From Hydrurus foetidus (taxonomy: Eukaryota), in the NCBI GenBank assembly GCA_900617105.1, contig UYFQ01000023.1, positions 310,001 to 374,000 of the forward strand: a stretch of DNA of 64,000 nucleotides, in the 5' to 3' direction. Each line of letters opens with the position of its first letter. The stretch's first letter is position 1. Positions 60,750-64,000 of the stretch are shown here, piece after piece. Position numbers and translations under genes: made by a program. The notes beneath the pieces were generated by a model. It was not told where the DNA came from and ran no database searches. It saw only the letters and a list, made by a program, of their open reading frames with translations.

Positions 60750-62258
60750 ATGCGAAATATCCCCCTGGCCGAATGGCTACTACAAACCAGCGATCCCCAC
60801 GCAAAAGGTGCCCCGCCACTGAACCGTTGGCTGTCTGAAGCCATCCGCCAAACCATCGTCAGTGGCCGCCTGAAAGCGGGGTTGCGCTTGCCACCTACAC
60901 GCAAATTGGCGCTGGAATTAGGCATGGCCCGCATCACCGTGTTGCAGGCGTACGAGCGCTTGGCATCCGAGGGGTATTTGGTGTCCAAGGTGGGGGCGGG
61001 CACCTTCGTCAGCGACACCAAGCCTGACCCAACTTTACTGATCGACGCTCAGCACGGCACGGTACAGCGAACGCCGTCATCACAGTTCACGCCCTCGCGC
61101 GGTGCACAGCGTGTTTTATCCCGACTAGGTGTTTCCCCCAAGCAGCTGGGGGCCTTCACACCGGGTATTCCCGATATTGACAATTTCCCCTATGCCATTT
61201 GGCAAAAGATCCTCGCCAAAGCCGGACGTGAACGCAACGCTGGCTTAAGCGGCTACGGCACCAGCCACGGCCTGCCCGCGCTGCGCCACGCTTTGGTGGA
61301 TTACCTCAGCCTGTCACGCGGTGTGCGCTGTACAGCAGAGCAAATCGTCATAACCCACGGGGCCCACCAAGCGCTGGATTTGTGCATCCGCGCTCTGTGC
61401 GACGCGGGCGATACAGCCTGGATGGAAGACCCCGTGTATTGGGGCGCACGCAACCTGCTCGCCATCAACGCGGTGCAAACCCTTTCGTTGCCGCTGGACA
61501 GCCAAGGCATGCAACTGCCCGTGCAAACCTTAGGGGCACCGCCCAAGCTGATCTTCGTCACGCCCTCGCACCAGTACCCCAGCGGCGTGGTGATGAGTCT
61601 TGCCCGCCGCCGCCTGTGGATTGAGCTGGCAGCGCGGCACAACGCCTACATCATCGAAGACGATTACGACAGCGAATTCCGCTACCGCGAAGCCCCCCTG
61701 CCCTCGCTGCAAGGGCTGGACCACCACCAGCGCACGCTGTACATCGGCAGCTTTTCCAAAACCCTCTACCCCGGCCTGCGCTTGGGTTTTGTGGTGGCCC
61801 CACCGTCGATGGCCCCCACGCTGGCCGCCTTGCATTCCGAGCTGTACCGGGGTGGGCAACTGGTGCTGCAAACAGCGCTGGCCGAATTCATCGCCGAAGG
61901 CCACTTCAGCGCCCACGTGCGGCGCATGCGCCGGGTGTATGCCGAACGGCAAGCGGTGCTGTCAGAGGCATTGCGCCGCCATTTGGGCGACAAGGTCAGC
62001 ATCCCCGACGACCCCGCGGGCTTGCATCTTGCCGTGGGCCTGCACGGCGTGCGAGACCAAGCCGTGAGCGACGCGGCCCTGGCCCTGGATCTGGTCGCCC
62101 GGCCTTTGAGCGCCTACTACGACAAACCCGAACAAGCACCGCAAGGGCTGGTGCTGGGGTTTGGGGGGATTCAGATCGAGGAGATTGAGGGGGCAGTGCA
62201 GTTACTGGCGCGGGCGGTGGAGAAAGCGCAAACCAGCGCCGCGAACGTCAACGATTAG
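60750..62258 (+). CDS. MocR/GabR family PLP-dependent transcriptional regulator
   Basis: GntR wHTH (LPPTRKLA..AYERL..EGY) plus aminotransferase domain (TPSHQYP, IEDDYDSEF, SFSK); divergent from gabTD. Confidence 0.92.
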   Translation: MRNIPLAEWLLQTSDPHAKGAPPLNRWLSEAIRQTIVSGRLKAGLRLPPTRKLALELGMARITVLQAYERLASEGYLVSKVGAGTFVSDTKPDPTLLIDAQHGTVQRTPSSQFTPSRGAQRVLSRLGVSPKQLGAFTPGIPDIDNFPYAIWQKILAKAGRERNAGLSGYGTSHGLPALRHALVDYLSLSRGVRCTAEQIVITHGAHQALDLCIRALCDAGDTAWMEDPVYWGARNLLAINAVQTLSLPLDSQGMQLPVQTLGAPPKLIFVTPSHQYPSGVVMSLARRRLWIELAARHNAYIIEDDYDSEFRYREAPLPSLQGLDHHQRTLYIGSFSKTLYPGLRLGFVVAPPSMAPTLAALHSELYRGGQLVLQTALAEFIAEGHFSAHVRRMRRVYAERQAVLSEALRRHLGDKVSIPDDPAGLHLAVGLHGVRDQAVSDAALALDLVARPLSAYYDKPEQAPQGLVLGFGGIQIEEIEGAVQLLARAVEKAQTSAANVND

Positions 62259-62265
62259 GGCCCCG

Positions 62266-63498
62266 TCAAGGCTCCACGCCCGTCAACCTGTCGCGCTCTG
62301 CCAGCGCAGGGAACAGCTTCAGCCACGCAGCCGCGACCAGCAGCGTGCCCACACCGCCCAGCACCACCGAGCCCACCGGCCCCAGTGCAGCAGCGGTGGC
62401 ACCCGATTCAAACTCGCCCAGCTGGTTGCTCGCACCGATAAACACCGAATTCACCGCACCCACCCGGCCACGCATGGCATCAGGGGTTTCCAGCTGCACC
62501 AAAGTTTGGCGCACCACCACGCTGACCATATCCGCTGCGCCCGACACCGCCAGCATGGCCAGCGACAGGCCAAACGAGGTGGAGAGGCCAAAAACCAGGG
62601 TCGTCGCCCCATAGAGCGCCACCGCTGCCAGCAAGGTACGGCCCACTTTGCGCTCCAGCGGCCAGCGCGTCAGCACTATGGACATCAGCAACGCACCCAA
62701 CGCTGGGGCCGATCGCAGCAAGCCTAAACCCCAGGGGCCAACGTGCAGGATGTCTTTGGCGTACATCGGCAACAAGGCGGTAGCACCACCCAGCAGCACG
62801 GCGAACAAATCCAACGTCACCGCGCCCAAAATCACTTTACGCTCCCAGATGAACGCGACACCTGCAAACAGCGTGCGCAAACTGATGGGCTCTTGGGGCA
62901 AGGGCACATGCGCGTAACGCAGACGCAGCACCAGCGCACCGCCCAGCACAAACAAGGCGGCGCTGGTGCCATAGACCACCACAGCCCCTCCGGCAAACAG
63001 CAGCCCACCCAATGCAGGCCCACCGATGATGGCTGCCTGCAGACCGGCAGCGCTGAAGGCCATCGCACGGGGCAGCAGCAGCTTGGGCACCAGCATGGGC
63101 GTTAAAGCCTGCTGGGCAGGCATCTGAAACGCCCGCGCCGTGCCCAACACCACAGAAAGCAACAGCAACAGTTCGCGCGACGACCAATGGCCTACCGTCG
63201 CCACCATCAACACCCCAGCCACCGCCGCTTGCAACGCCAGACATAGCGCCACAATGCGCCCCCGGTGAAAGCGGTCAACCACATGGCCTGCCAGCAGCGA
63301 CAGCAGCAAAGCAGGTAAAAACTGGTACAGCCCCACCAGCCCCAAATCCCAAGCACTGGCGGTTAAATCGTACATTTGCCACCCCACGGCCACCATCAGC
63401 ATCTGGCCAGCAGCTGTGCCAGCGAGGCGGGCAAACCACAGGCGAATGAATGGTTTTTGGGCAAAAAGGGCAGCAAGTGGGGGCATGGTCACAGTCAT
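62266..63498 (-). CDS. MFS transporter (EntS/DHA3-like)
   Basis: Multi-TM protein; AVGWQMYDLT, AGHVVDRF.R and SNQLGEFESG motifs. Start uncertain. Confidence 0.85.
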   Translation of the reverse strand: MTVTMPPLAALFAQKPFIRLWFARLAGTAAGQMLMVAVGWQMYDLTASAWDLGLVGLYQFLPALLLSLLAGHVVDRFHRGRIVALCLALQAAVAGVLMVATVGHWSSRELLLLLSVVLGTARAFQMPAQQALTPMLVPKLLLPRAMAFSAAGLQAAIIGGPALGGLLFAGGAVVVYGTSAALFVLGGALVLRLRYAHVPLPQEPISLRTLFAGVAFIWERKVILGAVTLDLFAVLLGGATALLPMYAKDILHVGPWGLGLLRSAPALGALLMSIVLTRWPLERKVGRTLLAAVALYGATTLVFGLSTSFGLSLAMLAVSGAADMVSVVVRQTLVQLETPDAMRGRVGAVNSVFIGASNQLGEFESGATAAALGPVGSVVLGGVGTLLVAAAWLKLFPALAERDRLTGVEP

Positions 63499-63692
63499 AA
63501 TTTGACGATAAGCATAGCAGCGGCACGTTAACAGACATGCCCAAAACGGCAATCAAGCCCTCCTGGGCCTGGCCCCAACACCCCGTAAAAACCCTGCAAA
63601 CCCGCGCCAACACTGCTTCATACGCATATTCACATATAGAGCGAACAAAAATATCGTTTGCTTCCATATGTCCCCCGGCTACATTCACGCCC

Positions 63693-64000
63693 ATGCATGA
63701 TTTCATCTTTATTTTTGCGGGCTTCTTTGTGGGCCTGATCGTCGGTTTAACTGGCGTGGGTGGCGGTTCTTTGATGACTCCGCTGTTGATCTTCTTCTTT
63801 GGCGTCAAGCCCCACCTCGCCATCGGCACCGATTTGCTGTTTGCCGCGTTCACCAAAATGGGCGGCTCCATCAACCTCGCCCGTGCCAAGGTGATTGATT
63901 GGTCAGTGGTCGGCCAAGTCGCTTTAGGTAGCGTCCCCGCTACCCTGGTGACGCTGTACATCCTGCGCGAACTCGGGCCTGCCAACGCTGCCGTCCAGCA
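63693..64000 (+). CDS. Sulfite exporter TauE/SafE family protein (partial)
   Basis: Not in the ORF track. Manual translation gives MHDFIFIFAGFFVGLIVGLTGVGGGSLMTPLL...AIGTDLLFA; runs off the window end. Confidence 0.85.
   Translation, partial: MHDFIFIFAGFFVGLIVGLTGVGGGSLMTPLLIFFFGVKPHLAIGTDLLFAAFTKMGGSINLARAKVIDWSVVGQVALGSVPATLVTLYILRELGPANAAVQ

Noticed and set aside
63615..63670. CysB/LysR site upstream of the TauE gene
   Set aside because: AT-rich and plausible from context, but there is no specific motif I can defend.

Overview
This is a betaproteobacterial chromosome segment, probably Comamonadaceae or Rhodoferax-like. The taxon is inferred from gene order and protein style, not from a search. 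Left to right: (1) core block of partial DUF1178, NUDIX, DUF2818, the complete nuoA-N operon, tRNA-Leu(GAG), secG, tpiA, a quinone oxidoreductase, pnp and rpsO; (2) aminotransferase, a small secreted protein, a Leu-binding-type SBP, Hsp20, a Fur-boxed feoAB with a Cys-rich partner, and tsaD; (3) a nitrate/nitrite assimilation cluster (NasT ANTAR regulator, sigma54 promoter with a three-hairpin ANTAR leader and terminator, nrtABD, NarK-type MFS, PP2C-kinase, nirBD, nasA, ybiB, cobA), interrupted by a mazEF-type TA pair and an orphan hybrid histidine kinase; (4) a nine-gene minus-strand cluster divergent from a MocR/GabR regulator. That cluster joins gabT/gabD with a C-N hydrolase, an unusual 941-aa PLP decarboxylase, a periplasmic glutaminase-asparaginase, an ATP-grasp enzyme, a C45 Ntn-hydrolase and Glu/Asp transport genes. 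It is the best candidate for an undescribed pathway. The second main observation is a dispersed GCTA-N9-TAGC palindromic repeat with up to nine copies, five of them read in frame inside genes. All calls come from reading the sequence and recalled family motifs; no database search was run.
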